A DNA stretch of 64,000 nucleotides from a virus (lineage: Duplodnaviria; Caudoviricetes), in the IMG/VR virus record IMGVR_UViG_3300008740_000001, positions 96,001 to 160,000 of that record. One strand, written 5' to 3'. Position numbers and translations under genes: made by a program. A model generated the notes under the pieces. That model saw nothing but the letters and a program-made list of their open reading frames with translations. It was not told where the DNA came from and searched no databases. Positions 28,523 to 39,086 of the stretch are shown piece by piece. The first letter of the stretch is position 1. Every line of letters starts with the position of its first letter.

Positions 28523-29450
28523 TTTCATAAGTCCGAGAAAAGAGGCTGAAAGGTCGAATGAAGAGAACGAGAAAGAAGTTGTTGAGTTTTATATGGCGGC
28601 TTCTACTCTCGAAACTGTTGATAGGGCCTTTTTCGAGTTTCTTGATGAAACACTCGACCCGTTTATCTCCACTGGTACTGATTTTAAGAAAGTACCGGTT
28701 ATTTGGACCTCAGCAGAGCGTGCCTTCCAGATTAAGAGTGATAAAGATATTAGGGACAAAGATGGCAGAATCAAAATGCCGGTTATAACCATCGAAAGAA
28801 CATCGATCACTAAAGATTCTAGTCAGCATGGAAAATTGGTCGCCACCTTAGCCCCTTTGGAGACAATGAACGGCGGTAGTTGGGTTGTAGCAAGAAGGAT
28901 TCAGCATGAAAAAACTGCTCTTTTTGCAGCTAGCAATTCAGCGCGAAAAACATCCGAAAAGGCCCTAAATGGCGCCACGTCGACCCCCATAACTACAGGT
29001 AATGGCCAAAAGTGGTTTCCGGGCGAAAACAAGACAATTGTATATGAAACATTGTCTGTGCCCATGCCGGTATATGTAAACATGAATTACACCATAATTC
29101 TTAAGGCCCAATATCAGCAGCACATTAATGAAATGCTAATGCCATTTTTGACTAAAACGGGAAATTGGAATATTTTTGAATTAGAGCGCGATGGTCACGT
29201 ATATGAGGCCTTCTTGCCTAAAGAATTTGGCGCGAATAACAATGTTTCTGATTTGGGAGAAGATGAGAGAATGTACGAGACAAAGTTCGATGTGCGAGTG
29301 TTAGCTTATCTTATCGGCCAAGATGCTAACCAAGAGGGCCCCGAAATCGGTATTACAGAAAACATTGTCAAAGTTCGGCTGCCGCGTGAGCAGGTTATTT
29401 TTGAGGACCCCCATCCCAGAGCACATAAGGGTCAATTTTATAAAGAGTAA
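28512..29450 (+). CDS. Tail terminator / sheath stabiliser (T4 gp15-like)
   Basis: VPVIW.SAER...MP.ITIER, PVYVNMNY motifs; synteny before sheath. Confidence 0.65.
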   Translation: MGTNFISPRKEAERSNEENEKEVVEFYMAASTLETVDRAFFEFLDETLDPFISTGTDFKKVPVIWTSAERAFQIKSDKDIRDKDGRIKMPVITIERTSITKDSSQHGKLVATLAPLETMNGGSWVVARRIQHEKTALFAASNSARKTSEKALNGATSTPITTGNGQKWFPGENKTIVYETLSVPMPVYVNMNYTIILKAQYQQHINEMLMPFLTKTGNWNIFELERDGHVYEAFLPKEFGANNNVSDLGEDERMYETKFDVRVLAYLIGQDANQEGPEIGITENIVKVRLPREQVIFEDPHPRAHKGQFYKE

Positions 29451-29554
29451 AATGGAGATTGAGGCAAACGGTTACTATTTATTATACGATAAGGCTCGAT
29501 ATGTGTAGAGAGCGTTTTGCTAAATAAAGTTTGTTTTTAAGGAGTTAAATTAAT

Positions 29555-32461
29555 ATGTCTGTGAAGAAGTACAAATTCGTATCTCCCGGTATTTTTATCA
29601 AAGAGGTAGATCAGTCCTTCCGCCCGGCCGCAAGGCCACGCGTCGGACCGGTCATTATCGGGCGAACCAGAATGGGGCCTGCGATGCGCCCAGTTCGCGT
29701 TGATTCATTCGGTGATTTCGTGAACACTTTCGGAAACACCGTTTCTGGATTCCAAGGAGGAGATATCTGGAGGGATGGAAACCTAGGTGGTCCGACCTAT
29801 GCCGCATATGCTGCCCAAGCATATCTCGCCGCGAAGGTGGGCCCCGTAACCATGATGAGGTTGCTCGGAACAGAGCATGCTAATAGAGAATCGGGCGGAA
29901 AAGCCGGCTGGACTACTTCCGCTGGCCATAACGTCTCAGAAGGCAGCAACGGAGGCGCCTATGGGCTCTTCCTGTTTAACTCTGCTTCGGCCGCAGGGAT
30001 TGGAGCCTCTACGGGCGCCGTTCAGGGCTGTTTGGCTGCTGTTTGGTACCTCAACCAAGGCTCGATCACTCTGAGAGGCACGGATCGAACGGGTGTAACA
30101 ACTTCCGGTTCGGCAGCACTTTTCAGAACTGCAAACGCGTCTACTCACGAGTTGAGAGCAGAAATCCGAGATTCTAGCGGAAATGCAGTGTTAGACACGT
30201 CCTTTAACTTTAGCAGAACTTCCGACCTTTATATTCGCAAGGTGTTTAACACGAATCCTCACAAGACAAACACGGCTTGTACTCCTTCAGCACAAGCTGA
30301 AAAGTATTGGCTTGGACAGACTTATGATCAGCAGATTGAGCATCTTATAACCGGATCAGCCAACAATCACAACTTGGCATGTATCATCGGTCTTAAGAAA
30401 GGGAGCTATGGTTTCCACAATAAGCAGATGCCTTACCAAAATGGTAAGACTGGCTGGTTTGTTGCACAGGACACCGGCACTGCAGGTAGTTACAATGTTA
30501 CGAATGCACAAAAGCTCTTCCGTTTGGTTGGCTTAGAGGGCGGAACCTCAGTTCAAGAGAGATTTAAGGTGTCTATTGAAGATGTGAAACCAGCTGTCTC
30601 TCCAACTGTTAATGCCTATGGTACATTCTCGGTGGTTCTTAGATCTCTTACTGATACCGACAACAACGTTCTTGTCGTCGAAAGGTTTACTAAGTGTGAT
30701 CTTAACCCCAACTCAAATAACTATGTTGCCAAGAAGATTGGTGATAAGTGGCTAACTTGGAGTGATTCTGAAAACCGGTACCGAGAGTACGGCGATTATG
30801 ATAATCGTTCTAAGTACGTCCGTGTAGAGGTGAACGAGTCGGTCAACAACGCCGCAACTGAGCCTGATTTGCTTCCTTTCGGAGTAATCGGCCCACAGCG
30901 TCCGATTAGTTACCGTATCATTGCTGGCCACGACAACGATGGCGGCGGAGGCCACCAAACCTCTGTTTCTCCAAGAATAATTTCTGGAGAGACTACTGGT
31001 TCGACTGCACAATCTAACGCTTATTACTTGGGAGGATCTGGAATCCCCCGTGCCGTAAGTGGTTCCTCGGCTGGAATTGTAACCTACGGACCCTTTACTG
31101 GTTCCGTGTACTTCCCGGCTTTAGCCCAGCGCTCTTCGTCTCTTGACGGTGGTTTGGGTGACCAGACCAACGCGTACTTCGGTGTTACCACCAACAGAAG
31201 TGGTTCTATCGTTTACTGCGAAAGTGTACCTGACTTCTTACGCCCGATTGATGAAGGCTTGGGAAGAGATACATGGGATGCCGACAATTCTAGCACGGTA
31301 CCGTCTTGGACCTTCTCGCTTGACGAGTTGAAATATGATACTACCAAGAAGTGTGCTAACTATGTCTCCGGCTCCCGCGCTGCAGGAACCTCGGTGACAG
31401 CAGTTAGCTCGTCATTCCAGACTATTTTGAACCTTGGTTTCGACCGATTCACGACCGTGTTCCACGGTGGTTTCGATGGTGTGGATATCAAGGAAATGGA
31501 GCCCTTCGGCTTCCATGTAGCCTCAAACTCTACTGATGAGTTTAAGAACTACGCCTACCACTCTATTAAGAGAGCAATCACTGGTATCAGCGATCCGGAG
31601 TTCGTGGAAATGAACCTCCTCGCCGCCCCCGGCGTTAAGGCAACCGGTCTCCAGAACCACATGATGACCACCTGTGAAGATCGTGGAGACGCACTTGCAG
31701 TACTCGACCTTGAGGGTGATTACACCCCCAGAACTGAGTCAACTGATAGTGTTGCAAACCGCCGAGGCACCGTAGCGAGTGTTGTTTCAAACCTTAAGGG
31801 ACGAAACATTGATTCAAGCTATGGATGTGCCTATTACCCATGGGTCCAGATTAAGGATTCTGTCGATGGAGATATTCTTTGGGCTCCGCCCTCTGTTGTC
31901 GCCCTCGGCGTAATGGGCTCTTCTGAGAGAGCTTCGGAAGTTTGGTTTGCTCCCGCCGGGTTCAACCGTGGAGGCCTTTCCGAAGGCGCCGCAGGAATCC
32001 CAGTTGTCGGCGTCCGCCAGCGACTGACGAAGGCAGACCGAGATAAGCTGTATGAGCAGGCAATTAACCCAATTGCCAAGTTCCCGTCAGAAGGAATTGT
32101 GGTCTTCGGTCAGAAGACTCTGCAGGCTCGCGCATCGGCCCTTGACCGGATCAATGTCCGCCGCCTCATGATTCACCTTAAGAAAGAGGTTTCCAGACTC
32201 GCTACACAGGTCTTGTTTGACCAGAACGTGGAAGCAACTTGGAACCGCTTCAAGGCCCTTGTCGAGCCGCTGCTAGCCAGCACCAAGGCACGCTTTGGTC
32301 TGACGGAATACCGACTCATTCTTGATGAAACCACTACGACCCCGGATCTTATCGATCAGAACATTCTGTACGCCAAGATCTTACTGAAGCCGGCTAGAGC
32401 AATTGAGTTCATCGCAATTGATTTCAACATCATGCCAACTGGTGCTTCTTTCGATGACTAA
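29555..32461 (+). CDS. Tail sheath protein (gp18-like), 968 aa
   Basis: SPGIFIKEVD N-terminus; YYPWV, PPS, WFAPAGFNRG, INPIA.FP..G.VVFGQKTL, RINVRRL, P.RAIEFI motifs. Confidence 0.95.
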   Translation: MSVKKYKFVSPGIFIKEVDQSFRPAARPRVGPVIIGRTRMGPAMRPVRVDSFGDFVNTFGNTVSGFQGGDIWRDGNLGGPTYAAYAAQAYLAAKVGPVTMMRLLGTEHANRESGGKAGWTTSAGHNVSEGSNGGAYGLFLFNSASAAGIGASTGAVQGCLAAVWYLNQGSITLRGTDRTGVTTSGSAALFRTANASTHELRAEIRDSSGNAVLDTSFNFSRTSDLYIRKVFNTNPHKTNTACTPSAQAEKYWLGQTYDQQIEHLITGSANNHNLACIIGLKKGSYGFHNKQMPYQNGKTGWFVAQDTGTAGSYNVTNAQKLFRLVGLEGGTSVQERFKVSIEDVKPAVSPTVNAYGTFSVVLRSLTDTDNNVLVVERFTKCDLNPNSNNYVAKKIGDKWLTWSDSENRYREYGDYDNRSKYVRVEVNESVNNAATEPDLLPFGVIGPQRPISYRIIAGHDNDGGGGHQTSVSPRIISGETTGSTAQSNAYYLGGSGIPRAVSGSSAGIVTYGPFTGSVYFPALAQRSSSLDGGLGDQTNAYFGVTTNRSGSIVYCESVPDFLRPIDEGLGRDTWDADNSSTVPSWTFSLDELKYDTTKKCANYVSGSRAAGTSVTAVSSSFQTILNLGFDRFTTVFHGGFDGVDIKEMEPFGFHVASNSTDEFKNYAYHSIKRAITGISDPEFVEMNLLAAPGVKATGLQNHMMTTCEDRGDALAVLDLEGDYTPRTESTDSVANRRGTVASVVSNLKGRNIDSSYGCAYYPWVQIKDSVDGDILWAPPSVVALGVMGSSERASEVWFAPAGFNRGGLSEGAAGIPVVGVRQRLTKADRDKLYEQAINPIAKFPSEGIVVFGQKTLQARASALDRINVRRLMIHLKKEVSRLATQVLFDQNVEATWNRFKALVEPLLASTKARFGLTEYRLILDETTTTPDLIDQNILYAKILLKPARAIEFIAIDFNIMPTGASFDD

Positions 32462-32525
32462 AAAGTTGAGAAAAAACTATAAATTAATTTTAGAGACTAT
32501 ATAATTGTAAAGGAGACATCACAAA

Positions 32526-33194
32526 ATGGGATTTTGGACTCAAAGTAAAAGCTCGCTCGGACGTGATCCGAAAAGAGGCTTTAGATTTACCGTACAGATT
32601 ACTAACTTAGGAGGTAGCGATCCTGCTGCTGGGGGAGGTATTCTATGGTATGCGAAGACCGCCGATAAGCCCAGTTTCGAGGTTAGTAACACAGAGCATA
32701 ACTATTTGAACCACAAGTTTAACTTTCCCGGTAGAACGTCGTGGTCTCCTGTAGAAATTAAGTTGGTCGATCCAACTGATCCAGATATGGCCGCGAGTCT
32801 TTCTGATATTGTTACTGCAGCCGGATATCATCCGCCCGCAGATGTCAACGATCACACTTCTATGCAGAAGGCTTTGGCCACTGCAGCCCTAGGAGACGTG
32901 ATTATCACTCAGATTGATTCTGACGGAAACGCTCTTGAAAAGTGGACCCTCTGGAACGCGTGGATCTCCAAAGTAAACTACGGTAGCTTGGATTATAGCT
33001 CCGATGACCTCACAGAGATGTCGATGGAAATCGTCTATGACTGGGCAACGCTCGAAACCCCCTCTACAGCAGGAAGCAACTATGCTGGAACGGAAGCCGC
33101 AGGCTCCCCGAACAAGCAGAAGTTCTGGGCTTCTGATGGTAGCACGGATGCCAACCCCGAAGATGGCGGTGGCCCCGGATTCGGCACATCATAA
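32526..33194 (+). CDS. Tail tube protein (gp19-like)
   Basis: PKRGFRF, KP.FE, FPGR..W.P, W.L.NAW..V.YG.LDYSSDD, YDWA motifs; follows sheath. Confidence 0.9.
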   Translation: MGFWTQSKSSLGRDPKRGFRFTVQITNLGGSDPAAGGGILWYAKTADKPSFEVSNTEHNYLNHKFNFPGRTSWSPVEIKLVDPTDPDMAASLSDIVTAAGYHPPADVNDHTSMQKALATAALGDVIITQIDSDGNALEKWTLWNAWISKVNYGSLDYSSDDLTEMSMEIVYDWATLETPSTAGSNYAGTEAAGSPNKQKFWASDGSTDANPEDGGGPGFGTS

Positions 33195-33232
33195 TAATTA
33201 ACGACAAAACGGAACGAAAAGAGAGGTGATAT

Positions 33233-34120
33233 TTGTCAAGAAATAATGAAGATCGGTTAACTCCAAAAACAGGAGCTAGCCAAGACGCAGGCACCGAAGT
33301 TCCACCACAGACGACAGCGAAGACGGACTCAACAAATGATGGGGCTTCCTTCGCTTTCGTTACTCCTACGGAGTTTGTGGAGCTTCCGTCGAAAGGTGAC
33401 TACTATCCAGAAGGACACATTTTACATGGCGTCGAAACAGTAGAAATAAGGCATATGACTGCCAAAGACGAAGATATTTTAACATCAAGAACTTTGCTCA
33501 GAAAGGGCGTGGCTCTTGATCGAATGCTTAAGAATATTCTAGTCGACAAGAGAATTAATCTAGACGACATGCTCGTTGGAGACAAGAATGCATTGATCGT
33601 CGCTGCCCGAAAGAGCGGCTACGGCGAGGAGTATGAAACAAAAGTAACTTGTCCCTCATGTGGAGAAGTTAGCCAACATGTGTTCGATCTTTCTACCTTG
33701 GAGGATATACCAGAGGTTCCCGTATGGGATGGTATGCCAAGTGTTACAAGAACGGGCAATAACTTTGACGTAGAACTGCCAAGAAGTGAAGCTGTTGTAC
33801 AGGTTCGCTTGATGACCGGTAAAGATGAAGCAGTCGCTGCTCGCCAAGCCCGCATGGCCAAGAAAGCCGGCTCAGAGCAAGAATTAACATTAACAGGCCA
33901 ATTTAAGCGATTTATCGTTTCGGTAAATGGCGACAGCAGTCCCAGAAACATTGCATATTTTGTGGATCACATGCCCGCAGGAGACTCAAGGTTTTTGAGG
34001 ACTATGTATAAAGCAGTCACACCAAACGTTGATATGGTTATGATGTATGACTGTAACTCTTGCGGATACGCATCAGACATGGAGGTTCCGTTTACAGCGG
34101 ACTTTTTTTGGCCTCAGTAA
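33233..34120 (+). CDS. Tail/baseplate assembly chaperone (gp26-like)
   Basis: LPS.G.YY, MTAKDEDIL, two CxxC motifs, FFWP C-terminus; TTG start after GAGGTG. Confidence 0.75.
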   Translation: MSRNNEDRLTPKTGASQDAGTEVPPQTTAKTDSTNDGASFAFVTPTEFVELPSKGDYYPEGHILHGVETVEIRHMTAKDEDILTSRTLLRKGVALDRMLKNILVDKRINLDDMLVGDKNALIVAARKSGYGEEYETKVTCPSCGEVSQHVFDLSTLEDIPEVPVWDGMPSVTRTGNNFDVELPRSEAVVQVRLMTGKDEAVAARQARMAKKAGSEQELTLTGQFKRFIVSVNGDSSPRNIAYFVDHMPAGDSRFLRTMYKAVTPNVDMVMMYDCNSCGYASDMEVPFTADFFWPQ

Positions 34121-34127
34121 TGAATAT

Positions 34128-34292
34128 ATGGCAGACGTGTATGAGCAATTCTTCTTCCTTAAATACAAGGGCGGATGGAGCTTCACGGAAGCATATAACT
34201 TGCCAGTAGGACTTCGAAAATGGTTTGTTGAAAGACTAGTACAGCAGTTAGAGGCCGAGCATAAAGCTATGAAAGACGCTTACAAAAAATAG
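34128..34292 (+). CDS. Tail chaperone second segment (gp51-like / GT-type extension)
   Basis: YEQFFFLKY.GGWSFTEAYNLP..LRKWF motif; no obvious SD; frame open back across the T7 run at 34103-34109. Confidence 0.65.
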   Translation: MADVYEQFFFLKYKGGWSFTEAYNLPVGLRKWFVERLVQQLEAEHKAMKDAYKK

Positions 34293-34345
34293 GTCTCTCT
34301 CTCACACCTACCCTCACACCCACTACTAGTATTTCAACAACCATC

Positions 34346-34380
34346 AAAGCCGGGAGCAAACACTCCCGGCTTTATTTTTT
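34346..34380 (+). terminator. Rho-independent terminator
   Basis: AAAGCCGGGAG-CAAACA-CTCCCGGCTTT perfect 11-bp stem plus T tract. Confidence 0.9.
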
Positions 34381-34420
34381 TAAATTACTAATTATAAATG
34401 CAAAAGGGGATTTATAGCCT

Positions 34421-34762
34421 ATGTCAAGCTTGAGCGAAGACAAACTTAGCGAAATTGTAATAGATTTCGGACACATGAGAAACCCGGAATTGAAAGAGGG
34501 GTTTTTGGAGTCTTTTGGCTTCATGGTCAAGAGTATTCTTAAGAGAATTTTTGGGGGCTCTGCTCCCAATCTATCTGTTCGCGGCCGACCTGTTGAGGTT
34601 GACGCTTTCGCCAAAGCCATTAAGTCAGAAACCAATTATTTAGCTATGTTGCGAGATTATGGCCTAGACGATCCCCGCTCTTATAGAAACAAGGCCAAAC
34701 TAAAAAGTAGTGTAAAAAATTTCGAGCGGAAAACGGGTGTTAAGTGGCCTTTTGAAGTTTAG
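34421..34762 (+). CDS. Hypothetical protein
   Basis: 113-aa ORF after ACTAATTATA motif. Confidence 0.65.
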   Translation: MSSLSEDKLSEIVIDFGHMRNPELKEGFLESFGFMVKSILKRIFGGSAPNLSVRGRPVEVDAFAKAIKSETNYLAMLRDYGLDDPRSYRNKAKLKSSVKNFERKTGVKWPFEV

Positions 34763-34775
34763 GGGAACTTAGCTG

Positions 34776-37700
34776 ATGGCAGACGATCCAAAAACCAATG
34801 AAAAATTAACCAGAGCGATTGAGCAGCTTACTAAGCAGGTCGAGCGCAATACGGCTGGTTTTAATCGAGAGTTAAAAAAGTCGGGCCAACTCACTGAGAG
34901 TCTGGGGGATTCGTTTGAGGAAATCGCCAAGAGCCTCAAGAAGAAAAATGATATTCTAGAAAATACAATACTGTCGTTGACTAGAATAGGCGAAATTACT
35001 ACTGTGCAGGATCGTCGCGCCGCATATCGAGCCGAAGCCTTGCAGGCAGAATTGGACAGCATTAATAACCTTCTGGCAGCCGAAGAGAGCAAGCTTGAGG
35101 TAATGATCCAAGAAGGGACGATCTCAGAAGAGGCCCGCAAGAATTATGAGATTAAACTAGAAGCCCAGCGCGAGTCTGTACGGCTTCTTAAGGGTGAAGT
35201 TCAGCAAATGAATGCTGCAGCCAGTGCTGCAGATGATGTTGCTAAAGGTATGCTCGGCATCGCCGGCATTACCGACAAAATGCGCCTAGACGATAAGTTT
35301 GCTAATGCTGTCGGTGAAGCTGGAGGCTTAGTTCCGGTTTTGCAAGCCGTTGGGAAGCGCCTCATGGACAACACCACAAAGACCATGCTTCTTTCGTCGG
35401 CTTCTTCGCATGTTTCAGACGCAATCATGGGCCTCGCCATGGCAGCAATTAAACAAATGGTGTCTCTTGATAACCTCGAAGCGCAGATGCGCCGGATGAC
35501 TGGCGGCAACCACGAGTATTCTGAATCTATTAGAGAGGTATATTTGGCGAACCGGATCAACGGTGTTTCTGCTGAAGATGCAGCTAGCTCAGTTAATACG
35601 CTCTACACCGAAATGAGCACGTTCACACGATATAATAAGGCGACCCGTTCTGAATTAGCGAACACTGGTGCGCTCCTAGAAAGAATGGGTGTTAGCAATG
35701 AAGCGTTTGCAGGCGGCTTAGAGGTATCGACAAAGATGTTGGGCATGACAGCGATTGAATCTCGCGACACTCAGACCGATATTGCCAGATTTGCAACTGA
35801 ATTGGGCGTTGCTCCCGAAACAATGGCTGCTGGCTTCAAGAACGCCGGCCCAATTATGGCGAAATTCTCAATTAACGCCACTAAGGCCTTTAAGAACGTT
35901 GCCAAGGCAGCTAAGGCCACCGGTATCGAAATGGACCGGATCCTCGACTATACACAGCGATTTGACACCTTTGAGGGCGCCGCAGAGCAGGTTGGCTCTC
36001 TGAACGCAATGTTGGGTGGCGATTATATCAACGCTATGGACCTGATGGCCACAGAAGACCCTGCAGAGCGAATGAAAATGATTACAGACGCTATTCATGA
36101 TTCAGGCAAGGCTTTTGAGGAAATGAGCTATTATGAGAAGATCGCAATTGCGGAAGCTTCCGGGTTCCAAGATGTCGGAGAGCTAGCCAAGGCCATGTCT
36201 GGCGATATGGACACCCTAAACACGTCTACTGAAGAGCATGCTTTAACAGAAGAACAGTTGGCCGAAAATGCCAAAATTAATCAATCACTTCAGGAAAAGC
36301 TCGCAAACACAATGGCTGAACTGGCCCCTGCTATAATGGACGTGATGGATGGCCTTAACAAATTCATGGTTCCGATTATGAAGTTCGTCGCCATTGCTGG
36401 CCCGGTGCTGTTCCCAGCACTTTTGATGCTCAAGGGGCTAATGTGGGCAGTTCAGATTAAGACGGCCATGGCCACGGCTGCAACCGAATTCCGAATGATC
36501 GCTCAGCTTAAAGCATGGGCCGTTGACAAGCTAGAAACTGCTCAAATTTGGCTTATGATCAAAGCCGATGAAGCCAAAGCGGCTATAGATCGCATTCGGG
36601 CCGCCACCACCGGCGCTAGTACGGCTGCAACAGCGGCCAACACCGGAGCCCAGAATCTCAGCACAGCCGCTACCATTAGGGGTCGACTCGCCATAATCGG
36701 CCAGAACATTGCCCGGGGTGTAGCGGTCGCGGGTACAGCCGCATGGGCCGTCATTCAGGGAGTTTGGGCTATTGCCACCGGTGCAGGTACTGTTGCAACT
36801 CTTGGCGCCACCGTAGCAACGTGGGGATTGAATACTGCACTTATTACAGCGACCGGTGGTCTGATTTTGATTATTCCACTGATTATCGCCATTGCATACG
36901 GCTTGAAGAAAATGTGGGAACAGGGCGGCATTGCGAAGGGCATTGTTATCGCACTAGGAATCGCTGCTGGAGCCGCATTGGTTGCTGCTACTGGAGGTCT
37001 TATACTTCTGGTCCCACTGGTTATTGGATTATTCTTGGGTCTTAAGAAGGTATGGGATGGGCTTAAGGAAGGTGCGACATGGGCAAAGATTGTGGGCGGA
37101 ATATTACTTTACATTTTCGCAGCCCCCCTTGTTCCTCTTTTCTTGCTTTGGCAGTTCTGGGACAAGATTAAAGCCGGCTTCATTATTGGTGCGAAAGCGA
37201 TTTTCAACGCGCTAACATGGCCATTCCAAAAGGCCTATGATCTTGTAACTTCTATTTGGGATGGGATCACTGGATTCTTTACGTCAAAGATTGATACTAT
37301 CAAAGCTGTGTTTATGTCAATTGCATCGGTGGGCAAAACTATCGCAAACGTCTTTAAGTGGCCGTTCAACGCACTTATTGGAATTATCAACAAGTTTATC
37401 GGTTTTATTGAAGGTGTCTTTACTCTTAAGATTAGGGTGCCCAAGATTCTCCCGGGCCCTTCGAAGTTCCAGATTGGTCCTCCGAATATGGGAAGAATAC
37501 CCAAGTTGGCCAAGGGCACAGAAGCCTTTGCTGGCGGAATGGCCATGGTCGGTGAGAAGGGTCCAGAAATGGTAAACATGCCGGCCGGCACGAGCGTAAC
37601 GCCCGCTGAGAAGACCAAGAAATTTGTTGAGACGCTAGCACAAGTAGCGAACATGACTGCAAAGATCGCAGGCGCCATGGGGGTGCCCGGCGCTTCAGCG

Positions 37701-37862
37701 GTCGCGGGTGTAACAGAAAAGGTGACCAAAGCAGTCGGAGGTGGACAGCAAGAAAGTCCCCAGCCGGTTCAAGTAAATATTACTTTGGAACTAGATAAGA
37801 GAGTACTAGCAAGACACACAGAAGAGATTATGGTTGCCAAACTGAACCCGGCAAGCGCTTAA
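34776..37862 (+). CDS. Tape measure protein
   Basis: 1028 aa, Ala-rich helical with hydrophobic/Trp-periodic central region; follows tube and chaperones. Confidence 0.85.
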   Translation: MADDPKTNEKLTRAIEQLTKQVERNTAGFNRELKKSGQLTESLGDSFEEIAKSLKKKNDILENTILSLTRIGEITTVQDRRAAYRAEALQAELDSINNLLAAEESKLEVMIQEGTISEEARKNYEIKLEAQRESVRLLKGEVQQMNAAASAADDVAKGMLGIAGITDKMRLDDKFANAVGEAGGLVPVLQAVGKRLMDNTTKTMLLSSASSHVSDAIMGLAMAAIKQMVSLDNLEAQMRRMTGGNHEYSESIREVYLANRINGVSAEDAASSVNTLYTEMSTFTRYNKATRSELANTGALLERMGVSNEAFAGGLEVSTKMLGMTAIESRDTQTDIARFATELGVAPETMAAGFKNAGPIMAKFSINATKAFKNVAKAAKATGIEMDRILDYTQRFDTFEGAAEQVGSLNAMLGGDYINAMDLMATEDPAERMKMITDAIHDSGKAFEEMSYYEKIAIAEASGFQDVGELAKAMSGDMDTLNTSTEEHALTEEQLAENAKINQSLQEKLANTMAELAPAIMDVMDGLNKFMVPIMKFVAIAGPVLFPALLMLKGLMWAVQIKTAMATAATEFRMIAQLKAWAVDKLETAQIWLMIKADEAKAAIDRIRAATTGASTAATAANTGAQNLSTAATIRGRLAIIGQNIARGVAVAGTAAWAVIQGVWAIATGAGTVATLGATVATWGLNTALITATGGLILIIPLIIAIAYGLKKMWEQGGIAKGIVIALGIAAGAALVAATGGLILLVPLVIGLFLGLKKVWDGLKEGATWAKIVGGILLYIFAAPLVPLFLLWQFWDKIKAGFIIGAKAIFNALTWPFQKAYDLVTSIWDGITGFFTSKIDTIKAVFMSIASVGKTIANVFKWPFNALIGIINKFIGFIEGVFTLKIRVPKILPGPSKFQIGPPNMGRIPKLAKGTEAFAGGMAMVGEKGPEMVNMPAGTSVTPAEKTKKFVETLAQVANMTAKIAGAMGVPGASAVAGVTEKVTKAVGGGQQESPQPVQVNITLELDKRVLARHTEEIMVAKLNPASA

Positions 37863-37875
37863 AGGAGGCAAGAAA

Positions 37876-38739
37876 ATGGGCTTTTTAGATGAATTAAATG
37901 ACTTGAACAGAGAGCGTACTTCGCTGTTTGATTCAAAATCAAAAGCAGGTCGAGATGCATCAGACACGTATGCTAACCTAAACCAGCTTTATATTGAATT
38001 TTATCATTTGCCTTCAGACAGAAGTGTTACGTTCAAGGCTTATATCACTGAATGGTCAGACAAATTTAGTTCCAACTATAACACCGAAAACGTGTATGGA
38101 AGAAACGACCCGATTCATACTTTTGAGGGAACATCGCGTGAAATCTCGCTTGCATGGGAATGCGCATCTTCCACTGCTCACGAAGCACAAGAAAATCTAG
38201 CCAGAGTGTCTTTGTTGGCGCAATTTTTGTACCCAGCATTTAAGATGCAGGAGTTTACTTTTGGCCCGGGCGCAGAAACCTTAAAAGTTGGAACAATGGC
38301 CAAAGCACCCTTAGTTAAGGTGCGTTTTGCGAACTTGATCTTGGACAGTAAGGGTGCCGCCGTCGACGCGGCAACGGGGATGTCTGATGTTAACGCAAAA
38401 ACGGGCGGTCTTCTGTGTGCTCTAGATGGCTTAAACATATCAACAGATCTGGAAGAAGGCGTAATTGACGCGACTGGCATTTCAACCCCTAAAACATTAA
38501 CACTGAGCACAACCCTGAAAGTCATTCACCAGCATACGCTAGGTTGGGATAATAGCAATAAAACATGGCTGGGTGAAGGAAATGCAGTTGCTTTCCCATA
38601 TAATGCTTGGGGAGCCGGCGCCGCTGAATTGTCGGGCATCGAAGATCGTTACGGCGTAGAAGAACCGGAGGATCCCGCTGCAGCACCATCTGATGAACTG
38701 CCAACTATGGACGCCTCGTCGCTGGAGCGGGTATCATGA
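37876..38739 (+). CDS. Baseplate tube-initiator-like protein (gp48/gp54/GpU-like)
   Basis: VYGRNDPIHTFEGTSREISL motif; position after tape measure. Confidence 0.6.
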   Translation: MGFLDELNDLNRERTSLFDSKSKAGRDASDTYANLNQLYIEFYHLPSDRSVTFKAYITEWSDKFSSNYNTENVYGRNDPIHTFEGTSREISLAWECASSTAHEAQENLARVSLLAQFLYPAFKMQEFTFGPGAETLKVGTMAKAPLVKVRFANLILDSKGAAVDAATGMSDVNAKTGGLLCALDGLNISTDLEEGVIDATGISTPKTLTLSTTLKVIHQHTLGWDNSNKTWLGEGNAVAFPYNAWGAGAAELSGIEDRYGVEEPEDPAAAPSDELPTMDASSLERVS

Positions 38740-39086
38740 GTAGATATTTTGGTAGACGAAGAAAAACAACGAAAGAGAAGATGCACAAAGAGCTTCTTGA
38801 TAAGCGCGGCGTCAAGCATATTAAGCATTATACGACACCCGTCCTCTCTCACCCAACGGTTGAGGAAAGAAGCAAGTACACGCAAGAACTACATGTTTGG
38901 TCAGTGGGAGATCGCTATTATAAGCTAGCCCACAAGCATTACGGAGATTCTAAATATTGGTGGGTCATAGCCCACTGGAACCTTAAGCCCACTGAGGGAC
39001 ACTTAAACTTGGGTGATGCAGTTCGAATCCCCGGCCCGATTAATGTGGTATTAAATATCCTTAAGAGGAACGGCGGTGGTTATTAA
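38736..39086 (+). CDS. LysM-like baseplate wedge protein (gp53-like)
   Basis: GDR..KLAHKHYGDSKYWWVIA..N motif. Confidence 0.75.
   Translation: MSRYFGRRRKTTKEKMHKELLDKRGVKHIKHYTTPVLSHPTVEERSKYTQELHVWSVGDRYYKLAHKHYGDSKYWWVIAHWNLKPTEGHLNLGDAVRIPGPINVVLNILKRNGGGY

Noticed and set aside
32496-32505. ACTATATAAT upstream of the tube gene as a late promoter
   Set aside because: Deviates from the ACTA(T/C/A)TTA consensus; possible, but not counted.
34293-34345. Pyrimidine/CA-rich stretch TCTCTCTCTCACACCTACCCTCACACCC
   Set aside because: Short low-complexity spacer before a terminator; no structure or repeat unit supports a function.
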